DNA of 63,922 nucleotides, filler included, from Octopus bimaculoides (Eukaryota): NCBI RefSeq assembly GCF_001194135.2. It is 8 parts of 8 records of this genome, joined end to end, with 100 filler letters (N's around TTAATTAATTAA, not from the genome) between each part and the next. Parts side by side here need not be neighbours in the genome. Positions count along the whole stretch, not along the records: positions 50,173 to 55,319 come from NC_069005.1; positions 55,420 to 62,357 come from NC_068983.1; positions 62,458 to 63,922 come from NW_026360486.1; 5 more parts are not named here. One strand, 5' to 3'. Shown piece by piece: positions 52,775 to 63,922 of this stretch (position 1 is its first letter; each line of letters starts with the position of its first letter). The notes under the pieces were generated by a model. It saw only the letters and a program-made list of their open reading frames with translations, ran no database searches and was not told where the DNA came from. The position numbers and the translations under genes were made by a program.

Positions 52775-53522
52775 TAACAACAAACAAGATGAGGACAAAT
52801 ATCCGTCAAATGTAAATAATGTAAATAATGTAAATAGTGTATATAATCCTTAATACAAAATATATCCTATTTTGCCTTTGGCTTATGTGTGTGTGTGAGA
52901 GTGTGTGCGTATGTGTGTGTGTGTGTTTGTGTATGGATATATGTGTCTGTATATCTATGTGTGTGTGTCTTTGTGTCGGTGTTTGTATGCCCACTATTGC
53001 TTGAAAACCGTAACGTAGCAGTCCATCAAAATGTGACAATTATAATATCACGTTTAGAAAAAAAAAACTGAGTACTGGAGTTGATTTACTCTGCTGCATT
53101 ATTAAAGGAGATGCCCCAGCGTGGACGCGGTCTGATGACTGAAACAAGTAAAAGATAAAACATAAAAAAACATATATCCAAAACATACATGCAAAAATGA
53201 AATAAGCACAATGAATGCATAAATATCTCTTCACCACAAGTCTAATTACGTTTCAGCAGATAAACGCACATCATAAAAAAAAAAGAGCGTGTATTCATTT
53301 CATCAATACGACTCCAATAAAGCGGAGACACATTTTGCTACTCATTTATATGCACCAGATATAGATCAGATATCTGAACACAGATCTTTGTCAGCCTGAA
53401 TTCATTTGTATACATTCGTGGCTGATATAAACGTAAAGCACGAAATGTTGCAGTTAAATTTCAGGTATGTATGATATATGTCAGCTGCAGTAATCTGATC
53501 TCGGCCAAAGATATTCTGAGTG

Positions 53523-53741
53523 AGGCACACTTGTGTGGTATGAAGTTTGCTTTCCGACCACATGCTTCCGAGTTCAGTCTCACTGCGTGGTACCTTGGGC
53601 AAGTGTCTTCTACTATGGTCTCTGGCCGACCAAAGTCATGTGAGGTGAGGGATTTGGTAAAAGGAAACTGTAAGGAGCCCGTCGTATATAGTATATACAT
53701 ATATCTATGTATATATATATATGTGGATATATATGTATGTG

Positions 53742-53778
<37 letters not shown>

Positions 53779-54010
53779 ATGTATATAAGTATTTATGTGT
53801 GCGTGTGTCTGTGTTTTTCCTCCGGTCATCGCTTGACAACAGATACTGGTGTATTTATGTGTCTGTACCTTAGCAGTTCGGCAAAAGACACCGATAGAAT
53901 AAATATCAGGCTCACAGAAATTAAGTCCTGAGGTCGATTTTTCCGACTAAAGAATCCTTTAAGGTGGTGCTCCAGCATGGCTGCAGTCAAATGACTGAAA
54001 CGTAAAAGAA
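53523..54010 (+). mobile_element. SINE family A
   Basis: Colinear with the 38665 copy. Confidence 0.88.
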
Positions 54011-54109
54011 TACGTATATATGTATGTTTACAAGTGTGTGTATAAGTATACATATATATATACACGCATACACACGCATGTACGCGCACACACACACACA
54101 CATATATTG

Positions 54110-54540
54110 TTTCGAAAATTCAACATGAACAAACAGAACAAAAACATTCAGAGTACCCAAGTGTGATGATAACTGTTGTGGAATGTATCAATACATGCAT
54201 ACGGGTGGATCATTAGAATAAAAAATGGACAGATTTTCGCAAATCCAGATATGAACTGCAAAAACAGAAATTTGATCTACTGCGTTAAATGCCCGAATTG
54301 CGAGGAATTACATATCGGCGAGACAGGGAATGCATTGTCGGAACGCACACAAGTCCACAGACAGCAAATACGGAACACCAATATTCACCAAATTCAATTG
54401 AGCAAACTTATAAAAACTTGTGGTCAGAGAATGATTCTAATTTTTCCATTCCACAAACTACATGATACAAGTGAGTTTGAAAGAAAGAGAAAGAAAAACT
54501 TTTTTTTTAAACGTTCAAACCTGTTCTGAATGCAAGTAAC
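54110..54540 (+). mobile_element. PLE GIY-YIG endonuclease fragment
   Basis: KCDDNCCG… then MNCKNRNLIYCVKCPNCEELHIGETGNALSERTQVHRQQI (IY…IG-type GIY-YIG with Zn-binding cysteines and HRQ motif). Confidence 0.88.
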
Positions 54541-54889
54541 AGCGATAATATAACAACCAGTTAATGATGTGAATTAAACAATATTTCAAGCATAGAAGAA
54601 CAAAGAAGTTACAAAATATCGATAAGCCTGGCAAAGCATCATGTTTAACGGCATGCGGATTGGTCAAAAAGGTATTCTAAAAATGCAGCTTATTGAAGCG
54701 TTTTAAGAGGTACCAAAGTTGTAAAGAACTCAACTGTCAGTTAAACACATTTGAAACCTGATGATTATACAATGTATGAAAGCGCAAATTTAATTTAATG
54801 AGCAATACAATATATATTTTTTTATGTTAAAATACCGTAATATAAAACGTGAAAACCAAACCTTGTTTTAACTTTATTCAACTGATATA

Positions 54890-55100
54890 TATATATATAT
54901 ATATGGGAGAATTTACGAAAGAAACAGCAACAGACGAGGACATGTGGTGTAAACAACAAAAGGATGTATTAGTTTAACGCTCGGGAATAGAGAAAGTCTT
55001 TAACGTTTCGAGCTACGCTCTTCAACAGAAGGAAATAAGGAGAAAAACAAGGAGTGAGAAAAATATAAATGTAGTGGTCAGCGTGAAAATTTAAGGGTAT
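54890..55100 (-). mobile_element. PLE pLTR-like tail with hammerhead-like motif (CUGUUGA)
   Basis: Reverse complement of 54998-55033 contains ctgttga-a-gagc(gta)gctc-gaaa-cgtt-aaag; the tail ends at (TA)n. Confidence 0.65.
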
Positions 55101-55288
55101 CATAAAAGGTCTGGTTTGAGGCCCAACTTTCCGAGTTATTTTACGGGCCTCAGAAAAACTGAACGCCCGCTGCATTGAGTGTGTGTATCTGAGATGAGAA
55201 TATGCGGAATAAAATCACAATTAACTGATCCTCTTGTATCGTCTTTTACCCAAGACCAGGAACTTTTCACCATCCCCTTGTATAGTTG

Positions 55289-55319
<31 letters not shown>

Positions 55320-55739
55320 NNNNNNNNNNNNNNNNNNNNNNNNNNNNNNNNNNNNNNNNNNNNTTAATTAATTAANNNNNNNNNNNNNNNNNNNNNNNNN
55401 NNNNNNNNNNNNNNNNNNNAACAACTTGAACAAAAGATGTAAATGCTCCTAGGTCATTCTCATTAAGATTAGATGGAAACGATGAATCGTGGGTGACACT
55501 GCACATCTGTTGTCCAGTGAAAACCCCAGCTTCTATCCTAGCATCTGTCTATGTTCCTTTGAATTTATCCTCTAAATATTAGAAACCACTAACTTGATGA
55601 TACATACCCTTCATAAAATTTTTCATAAAGACAAGTTTAATCTGAAGTGGTGGAAGATGTACTTTCTCAGCGTCAATAAGCGTTTGATGGTTCACATTGT
55701 GTTTACCAACATTTTCTATTCTAGATGGAAATTATGTTT

Positions 55740-57051
55740 TTTTGTAGTGGCTTTTGTCATCTCCGCTGTTCCTTAGACACAAAAAAACACATATGGTTTG
55801 TGTAGCCCAACTGTAACTCAAGAAGTAATGATACAACTTTAAGATCGCCACAAATATTCCGTATGTGGTCCTTATACTTGATTTGTCTTAACAACAGTTC
55901 CGATTTTTCGTAAGTCTTGCTAAGGCCAGTGGCATGTGCTACAGGTATGAAAGGTTTTTCCTTACTGTTGTGCAGTAATACAGCTTTAAGGCTAGCTTTA
56001 CTAGAGTCAATGAACAGTTTCCATTCTTTTAGATTATAGCGAAGGACAATCCTTTCCATCAAGCCACTGATATCGTGACAGAAACAAATGTTTTCCGCCT
56101 GTAAGTAAAGTTTTAAAAACTGCAAGTTTTAATGGTGGAAATGGGAAAACTTTGATGTTTGGCTGGAGAGAAATGCCATTCTTGAAGTCTAGAACCAAGC
56201 CACTCTGCCTTTTAGTTTTGGTAATTTCAAATCGCTCACTACATCATTTAATTCTGATTGATTTAATAAACGTGGGGAACTAGTTGCATCTGGAACATAT
56301 ACGCCATCTTTACCTATTCCTACATCACAAGCAGAATCTTAGGATGAACTGCTGTTTATTGTCGTTGCTGGTGGAACTGGTGGTGGATTTGCTTCATCGC
56401 GTGGTACTGATTTTATTGCTGATTCATAATATTTGCTATTCTTTGTGAAACCAGCAATTTTTCTCAAATAAAGATAATAACCATTGAAGTGATTTTTCAG
56501 CTCACCCTAAACCATGAGGATTGAGAATGGCATAGCTTTCCTTTTATCATTCATCCAATCTGTTAACATTCCATTGCAATGTGTACAGAAAATATGTGGT
56601 GCCCAGTCCCTCCCTGGCTCTCCTAATTTACAGACAAAATAATACCTGTAGGCAAATCCAATCTTTGTTGTTATGTTTCTACGTTATGGCTTAGGTGTAT
56701 ATTGTCCACAGATATCGTAGAAGTTGTCTGGGTGACTTACAGAACCACGTCTATTTGATTGCATTTTAATTACCATACAATATCTGAAAAAACAAAACGT
56801 AGAAAGTAATAATTATGATGTACAAAATACAAATAAATACACACCGTAATACNNNNNNNNNNNNNNNNNNNNNNNNNNNNNNNNNNNNNNNNNNNNNNNN
56901 NNNNNNNAGGAAAACTTGTAGAAAATTTTTGTGATTTCAATTTTATACAAAATCTATACAAAAGATCTAATCACAGATTTGAAATCAGCATACAGAAATT
57001 AGCTAAGAACACCTTTTTGGTCTTCTGTAACAAAATCTTTCTGGCCTAGTG
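55740..57051 (-). mobile_element. Chapaev3-like (CMC) DNA transposon, decayed transposase and one terminus
   Basis: HPDNF…CG; YFVCKLGEPGRDWAPHIFCTHC…W…KRKAMPF; EWKLFIDSSKASLKAVLLHN…ICGDLKVV…GYT. The minus-strand terminus begins CACtaggcc at 57051. The family name is from recall. Confidence 0.7.
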
Positions 57052-57314
57052 TTATCTATCTCTCTATACAAAAAAATCCTTTGTATCTCAGTTCCCAATG
57101 CATTCTCAAAAGGTCCAACCAAATCAAATCAAATTTTACATGGTACTACTATGAAACCACAGGAGTGTGAAAATGTAATTTTTTGGGGGGGTGGGGGGAT
57201 TAAAACAATGCAACATTGGCACTAGTTCGTATTACGTCTGAAAACTGCAAAAATAAAAGTGAAACCGTCGACGGAGTAAGTTATCACTTTTATATAGTTT
57301 CACTTTTAATAGAT

Positions 57315-58845
57315 TCACCACCATCATCATCATCATCGTTTAACGTCCGCTTACCATGCTTGCATGGGTTGGACGGTTTGACTGGGTACTGGTGAGCCAG
57401 ATGGCTGCACCAGGCTCCAATCTGATCTGGCAGAGTTTCTACAGCTGGGTGCCCTTCCTAACGCCNNNNNNNNNNCAGGCTCCAATCTGATCTGGCAGAG
57501 TTTCTACAGCTGGGTGCCCTTCCTAACGCCAACCACCCCAACGGCACGGGGCTAGTCAACGGCCCTGGCAACGATCACGCTCGGACGATGCTCTTAGCGC
57601 TCCACTAGCACGGATGTCAATCATGCGGTGCTGTCATCGAATTTGATTTCGATTTCATTTGCTTCAACAGGTCTTCGCAAGTAGAGTTTAGTGTCCAATG
57701 AAAGAAAGGTACGCATAAGTGGGTTGATTACACCACTGGCATAGGCCACGGGTTATGGTCTCACTTGGTTTGCTGGGTCTTCTCAAGCACAGAATATTTC
57801 CAAAGGTCTCGGTCCCTAGTCCTTGCCTCGGTGAAGCCTAATGTTCGAAGGTCGTGCTTCACTACCTCATCCCAGGTCTTCCTGGGTCTACCTCTTCCAC
57901 AGTTTCCATCAACCGCTAGGGTGTGGCACTTTTTCAAACAGCTATGCTTATCCATTCGCACCACATGACCATACCAGCGCAGTCGACTCTCTTGTACACT
58001 ACATCTGATGTTTCTTAGGTCCAACTTTTCTCTCAAGGTACTTATACTGTCGAGTATGCACACTGACATTACACATCCAGCGGAGCATACTGGCTTCGTT
58101 CCTTGCAAGCTTATGCATGTCCTCAGCAGCCACGGCCCATATTTCACTGCCATGTAGCATGGCTGTTCGTACACATGCGTCATACAGTCTACCTTTTACA
58201 CTGAGCGAGAGGCCCTTTCTCACCAGCATAAGTAGGAGCTCTCTGAACTTTGCCCAGGCTATTCTCATTCTAGCAGCTACATTTTCAGAGCACCCAGCCC
58301 CGCTACAAACTTGGTCACCCAGGCAACGGGAGCTGTCAACTACTTCTAGTTTTTTCTCCCTGAGATGTGGCAGAAGTTATTCGCTGCACATTTTCAGTGT
58401 TTATCGCTCCTGAGCAACTGCCACATACAACCCTTCCTTTGATATTGCTGCGCCTCTTATGTGTCCATAACTTACACTGGGTACATCTTATAGAGTTTCT
58501 ACCTATGACTTTTCTACAGATCGAGCAGGGTCATCTACCTGAAGGGGTTTGTTGTTTGTCTGCCTTCCTACTTATTAGGACTTTGGTTTTAGCTAGGTTG
58601 ACTCTAAGACCCTTTGATTCTAATCCTTGCTTTCACGCCTGAAACTTCTCCTCTAGTTCTGATAGTGACTTAGCAATTAGAGCAAGGTCATCAGTATAGA
58701 GGAGCTCCCAGGGGCATCCTGTCTTGAATTCCTCTGTTATTGCTTGGAGGACAATGATAAATAGGAGGAGGTTGAAGACTGAACCCTGGTGGACCCCTAC
58801 CTCTACCCGGAATTCTTCACTGTACTTGTTGCCAACCCTCACCTT
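57315..58845 (-). mobile_element. RTE-clade LINE, 3' portion (RT), degenerate
   Basis: GVHQGSV…LLFII…WELLYTDDL, RIAWAKFRELL, LHGSEIW, RLRWYGHVVRM, GRGRPRKTW; (GAT)n 3' tail. Confidence 0.92.
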
Positions 58846-59245
58846 ACTTACTTATTTATATGTGTGTGTGAGAGTGTGTAAGTATGTATATAGGTATATA
58901 TNNNNNNNNNNNNNNNNNNNNNNNNNNNNNNNNNNNNNNNNNNNNNNNNNNNNNNNNNNNNNNNNNNNNNNNNNNNNNNNNNNNNNNNNNNNNNNNNNNN
59001 NNNNNNNNNNNNNNNNNNNNNNNNNNNNNNNNNNNNNNNNNNNNNNNNNNNNNNNNNNNNNNNNNNNNNNNNNNNNNNNNNNNNNNNNNNNNNNNNNNNN
59101 NNNNNNNNNNNNNNNNNNNNNNNNNNNNNNNNNNNNNNNNNNNNNNNNNNNNNNNNNNNNNNNNNNNNNNNNNNNNNNNNNNNNNNNNNNNNNNNNNNNN
59201 TATATATATATATGTATGTGTGTGTGTGTGTGTGTATGTGTGTTT

Positions 59246-59606
59246 ACTCTTTTACTGCTTTATTTGATTCAGTCATTTGGCTGCAGCCATGCTTGAGCAC
59301 CGCCTTTAATTGAAAAAGCGACCCCTTGACTTATTCTTTGCAAGCCTGGTATTTATTCTATCAATTTTTTGGCCGAACCGCTAAGTTACGGGGGAGGTAA
59401 ACACACCACTATCGGTTGTCAAACCATGGTGAGAGGACAAACAGACACACAAACACACACACACACACGACGGGCTTCTTTCAGTTTTCGTCTGTCAAAT
59501 CCACTCACAAGCATTGGTCGACCCGAGGGCATAGTACAAAAACTTGACCAAGGTGCTACGCTGTGGTATTGAATCCGGAACCATGTGGTTGATAAGCAAG
59601 CTACTT
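59246..59606 (-). mobile_element. SINE family A, degenerate
   Basis: Reverse complement similar to the 38665 copy. Confidence 0.82.
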
Positions 59607-59829
59607 TATTTCAATAAACTTCGCCATGAAGGCGTTACAAAGAGTGAACAAACAAGGACATACAAGCATAGTGTGAAGTAGCTTCTAATACGAATAAAAA
59701 TTCAATGTTTGGTGAATGAAAATCTAAAAATCTACATATAGTTACACAATAATTATTATACTAGTAATAATTTTTAAAGGAAGGAAAGGAACCCATCCAT
59801 CCGGGTAGAACCTTTACTCTTACCAACGA

Positions 59830-60446
59830 CCCCACCTACCTCGTGTCGGTCACTCTCTGCTTGCTCGCCATAGGCATCCATCTTTTCACAAATATATCTC
59901 GTGACAGACACCTCTTCTCCAGCCTGATCTTACTACTGAGATGGTCAACTTCTTTAGTTATAAAGAAGTTGATCAACCCCTGGCCAGAGACAAAGGTACC
60001 TGTCACTATGCCTTTCACACGCGTCTTCCATACCGTTTCTTTCAGTATGGCTACTATGCAGAAAAAACAAGCCTTCCTTTCCATGTTAAGGGAAGGAGGT
60101 GGCACAATCTCGATGATAGACTCAGCCGATAGCTGAACTCTTCCCATCACTGACAACAGTTGTTCGACAAAACTATCAGTCCCGATAATTCCGGACACTC
60201 CACGAATGCGTGCAAGACGGTTTCCCTGTCTTTCCCACATCTCGGGCATGTCGGCGAGACGGCACTTCTGTGCGTTGATAGCTTATCACGAACCGGTAAC
60301 GCCGCACGGAAGCACTGCCAAGCTAAGGATTTCTGGTAATTATCCAGATACCCTGGCCCGAACGTTAACCGATTTCCATCGTAGCTCAGGGTCTCCCCCA
60401 AGGCGCCTTCAGACATGGTCTCTACTAACCCGCAATAAAAATCCAC
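59830..60446 (-). mobile_element. Tx1/L1-clade LINE ORF2 3' fragment (zf-RVT)
   Basis: AWQCFRAALPVRDKL…PTCPRCGKDRETVLHAFVEC (CxxC…HxxxxC). Confidence 0.8.
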
Positions 60447-60464
60447 GGTGGAACTCCTGTTGCT

Positions 60465-60630
60465 TGCATTTCATCTGTCTCTACGCTCTGAGTTCAAATT
60501 TTGCAGAAGTCGACTTTACTTTTCATCTTTTCAGGGTCGATAAATTAAGTACTAGTTGCGTACTGGTGTCAATCTAATTGACTGGCCCCATCCTCAAAAT
60601 CTTCGGGTCCTCTGCCCAGGGCAGAAAAAA
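60465..60630 (+). mobile_element. SINE family B fragment
   Basis: ctctgagttcaaatt…gtcgactttacttttcatcttttcagggtcgataaattaagtac. Confidence 0.78.
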
Positions 60631-61609
60631 TTACCTTACACAATTACGAACACAGCAGCATATATAAGTCATGCTGGTTAGGATTTGAAGATATTTTAAG
60701 CCAATCATAAAAAGTCGATGACTTTAGATATTTTCTTTGACCTTATGTAAACTTTCATAACTTTTCCTACCTATTAAAACGTTTCTATTTTCTTTTTAAA
60801 TGTTTATTTGAAGAAATCTGCAAATCATATTCGAAGCTGTTCAAGGATCTGGTTACATGAGTGATATAGCTATTGATGATCTGACCATGTCAACAAACAA
60901 CTGTTCATGTAAGAGAATAAATATATTATTACATGTTACCAACAATGCTACTATTGATAATTAGCTTTAACTATTATGTATATGAACACCAGAAGCATTA
61001 AAAGAAAATTTGAAAAATATTCTTCATCTTCTTTTAAATATGTTTCCAATTTTTAAATATCCTACTGACATGCATTTGTGTCTCATATAATGATGTTTGC
61101 AAAATATGGAGTGTCTCTGCTTCTGCTTAAACCCGAAATTCACCTATGGTTTGCTTAAAGAAGTCTATTCTAGGTTTGCTCGTTCAATACTAGATACAAG
61201 TGCATCATACGAGAGGTCCTCTCCCTAGTAACTGAGTCTACTGTAGACAATTGACTCTTCACCATCAAATACTGTCCTAATATCTTGAGAAGGAAAAGTA
61301 CACATTGGATAAGTGAAGCCTGGCAAACACCTGATATACTGGATAGATATGATTGAAATGATTGCGACCATATATGTCTGGTCAGCATGCACCTTGGGTG
61401 AGACATCAGAAACAACATAATACAATAGAATGTATATATAAAACGTTGTACTTATTACACTCTTGCTCAGTGTGAAAACAGCTTGGAAATTCAGTTTCCA
61501 CAATAAATGTTCTTGCATTCAGCAATAAAAATGTGTTACTATGAAATAGTGTTAAATATACCAAACATTCCAAATAGTCAGTATTTTACTCTGCCTGTTG
61601 ATGTTTGAT

Positions 61610-62291
61610 GAAGGCACATAGCTTAGTGGTCGGGATGATCGGCTCATAATCGAAAGGTCATGAGTTCGATTCCCGGCAGGGCGTTTTGTTCTTGATCAAG
61701 ATATTTTTTTATGTTGCTCCAGTTTACTCAGCTGGCAAAATTGAGTTTTACCTGTAATTCGAAGGGCCNNNNNNNNNNNNNNNNNNNNNACATTCTGTGT
61801 CACGCAGAATTTGCTTGAGAAATACGTTAAAGGTATGCGTGTCTGTGGAGTGCTCAGCCACTTGCACGTTAATTTCACAAGCAGGTTGTTCCGTTGATCA
61901 GATCAACCGATGTAGTGCCACTTATTGTTATTTGAATCCGATGCATATTCTTGCTTGATTACTNNNNNNNNNNGATGATCGGCTCATAATCGAAAGGTCA
62001 TGAGTTCGATTCCCGGCAGGGCGTTTTGTTCTTGATCAAGATATTTTTTTATGTTGCTCCAGTTTACTCAGCTGGCAAAATTGAGTTTTACCTGTAATTC
62101 GAAGGGCCGGCCTTGTCACATTCTGTGTCACGCAGAATTTGCTTGAGAAATACGTTAAAGGTATGCGTGTCTGTGGAGTGCTCAGCCACTTGCACGTTAA
62201 TTTCACAAGCAGGTTGTTCCGTTGATCAGATCAACCGATGTAGTGCCACTTATTGTTATTTGAATCCGATGCATATTCTTGCTTGATTACT
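61610..62291 (+). mobile_element. SINE family C variant, present twice across a 10-N gap
   Basis: gaaggcacatagcttagtggtcggg…gagttcgattcccggc; 61634-61963 is repeated at 61974-62291. Confidence 0.75.
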
Positions 62292-62868
62292 AACTAGCTC
62301 TTGTCTAGATTTTCAAATGAACACATGCATAATAAAGAAAGATTTACACATACACTTNNNNNNNNNNNNNNNNNNNNNNNNNNNNNNNNNNNNNNNNNNN
62401 NTTAATTAATTAANNNNNNNNNNNNNNNNNNNNNNNNNNNNNNNNNNNNNNNNNNNNGTGTGTGTGTGTGTGTGTGTGTGTGTGCACGCGCACGCATGTT
62501 TTATCAGAAAGTGTTCCGTCAGTGCATTGAGGTCAAACAGACACACACGCACACTCACACACGTATATATATATATATATATGTGTCTTACCATAACTTA
62601 GATTTTTTTTAATGAATAGGAAAATTGTTGCTATGAAAAATGAAAAATGTCCGCTCGGTGTACGTTAGGACGAATGTGAAATATGTTAGTTTATAAACAG
62701 AACGTTAATATATATTTCAACAGTCGTTTAAAGCACAACTCTGTCAACAGAAACTTCACACAACAGAATAAATTCAACCGTTTTAGTTTCTTATTTATTT
62801 TCCTACCAAATCTATTTAACATTATCTGGTTTGTCTTAAAGCGCAACGAACCATATATAAAGTGCTTA

Positions 62869-62931
<63 letters not shown>

Positions 62932-62989
62932 GCATTAGCATTCTTTCTACTATAAGTATGAATCTTGAAATATGGGGGAATGGAGTGAG

Positions 62990-63375
62990 CCGATTTCATT
63001 GACCCCAAGGTTGAAAAAGTGCTCATTTTATCAACCACAAAACGATGACAGGTCAGGTCAATCCCGGCGGAATTTGAACTCAGAACATCAAGACGGACGA
63101 AACACCGCTAAGCATTTTGTCCGGTGTGCTCACGATACTACCAGCTCACCGTCATTAAAATCCTTTGTACTATAGAGGAGGCGCAAGGCATGGAATTTGG
63201 GGATGGGAGACTAGTCAACTTCATTGACCCCTACCTTAAGACCCAATTGGTACCGACCACGGACGGATGAATGGTCAGTCAAACGAGATGGAATTTGAAC
63301 TCAAAACGTAAATACGGACGAAATGCCGATATGCAACTTGTCCGATTTGCCAACAATCCTGCGAGCTCCCCATCT
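62990..63375 (-). mobile_element. Two degenerate SINE family B copies
   Basis: ggcggaatttgaactcagaac…ccagctcaccg and gaatttgaactcaaaacg…gcgagctccc. Confidence 0.72.
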
Positions 63376-63922
63376 TAAAAATAACAACAGCAACAACAAC
63401 ACGAATTAGTAGTAGTAGTGAGGGTGGTAGTAGTAGTAGTAACAGTGGGGTGGTAGTAGTAGTAGTATTAGTAGAGGTGGTGGTGGTGATGATGGTGGTA
63501 GTAGTAATAGTAGTAGTAGCAGCAGCAGCAGCAGCAAAACAGCAGCAGCAGCTGTAACAATAGTACTGGTAGTAGTAGTTTTTGTTGTTGTTGTTGTTGT
63601 TGTAGTAGTTGTTTTTGTAGTAGTAATAGCAAAAACAAACAAAAGAGTAATAAAATTATAAAACCACAAATATAATGTAATCATCGTAAACAAAACAAAA
63701 AGAAAAAAAGAAAAAAATGAAAAGCAAAAAAATTCGTGAAACGATTTATTAATTTGAAATATTGGTTGTCCACAGATTGGCATCTGAAGAGTTTTTGGTC
63801 TCTCTTCGACGTTTTATGTTGGAATTGGCATCAAGTAGAAATAGTCGGAAATCAAGTGGCAGAAAATGAGATTCGGTAAATGGAGAAGAATTTCTTTAAA
63901 CGTTTGCACCTTAAAAAGAACG

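Larger units (their letters stand above)
52436..52841 (-). mobile_element. tRNA-headed SINE with hammerhead-bearing tail, inverted 117-bp tail copy and 24-bp flanking direct repeat
   Basis: Head 52719-52644, (AAT)n linker, tail 52600-52436. Inverted arms are 52452-52568 and 52720-52836. The direct repeat tataatccttaatacaaaatatat lies at 52412-52435 and 52842-52865. Confidence 0.85.

Noticed and set aside
61634-62291. ~320-bp tandem duplication (also 48824-48930 and 57405-57535)
   Set aside because: Each pair straddles a 10-N gap, which is typical of unmerged overlapping contig ends.
63775-63880. Possible plus-strand exon or BEL/Pao integrase-like LASEEFLVSLRRF
   Set aside because: Too short and at the window edge; no supporting motifs.

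Overview
AT-rich, microsatellite-dense metazoan genomic DNA with many assembly gaps. It is very likely a cephalopod (Octopus) scaffold, inferred from the SINE families and composition. The only host gene I can support is three phase-compatible minus-strand exons (49024-49593, 48278-48539, 46749-47017) of a CEP131/AZI1-like centrosomal protein; its remaining exons were not found. The rest is mobile DNA: at least five Penelope-like element (PLE) fragments (RT and GIY-YIG), RTE, R4/Dong-like and Tx1/L1-like LINE fragments, mariner, Tc1 and Chapaev3-like transposase fragments, foldback MITEs, and several tRNA-derived SINE families. The most interesting signal is a set of minimal hammerhead-ribozyme (HHR) motifs. 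The best example is a ~400-bp element at 52436-52841 combining a tRNA-derived head, an (AAT)n linker, a hammerhead-bearing tail, an inverted 117-bp copy of that tail and a 24-bp flanking direct repeat. It looks like a SINE that carries a ribozyme and may be mobilised by PLE machinery. Most long ORFs in the track are artefacts of microsatellites or N runs. SINE and TE boundaries are approximate; no database search was possible.
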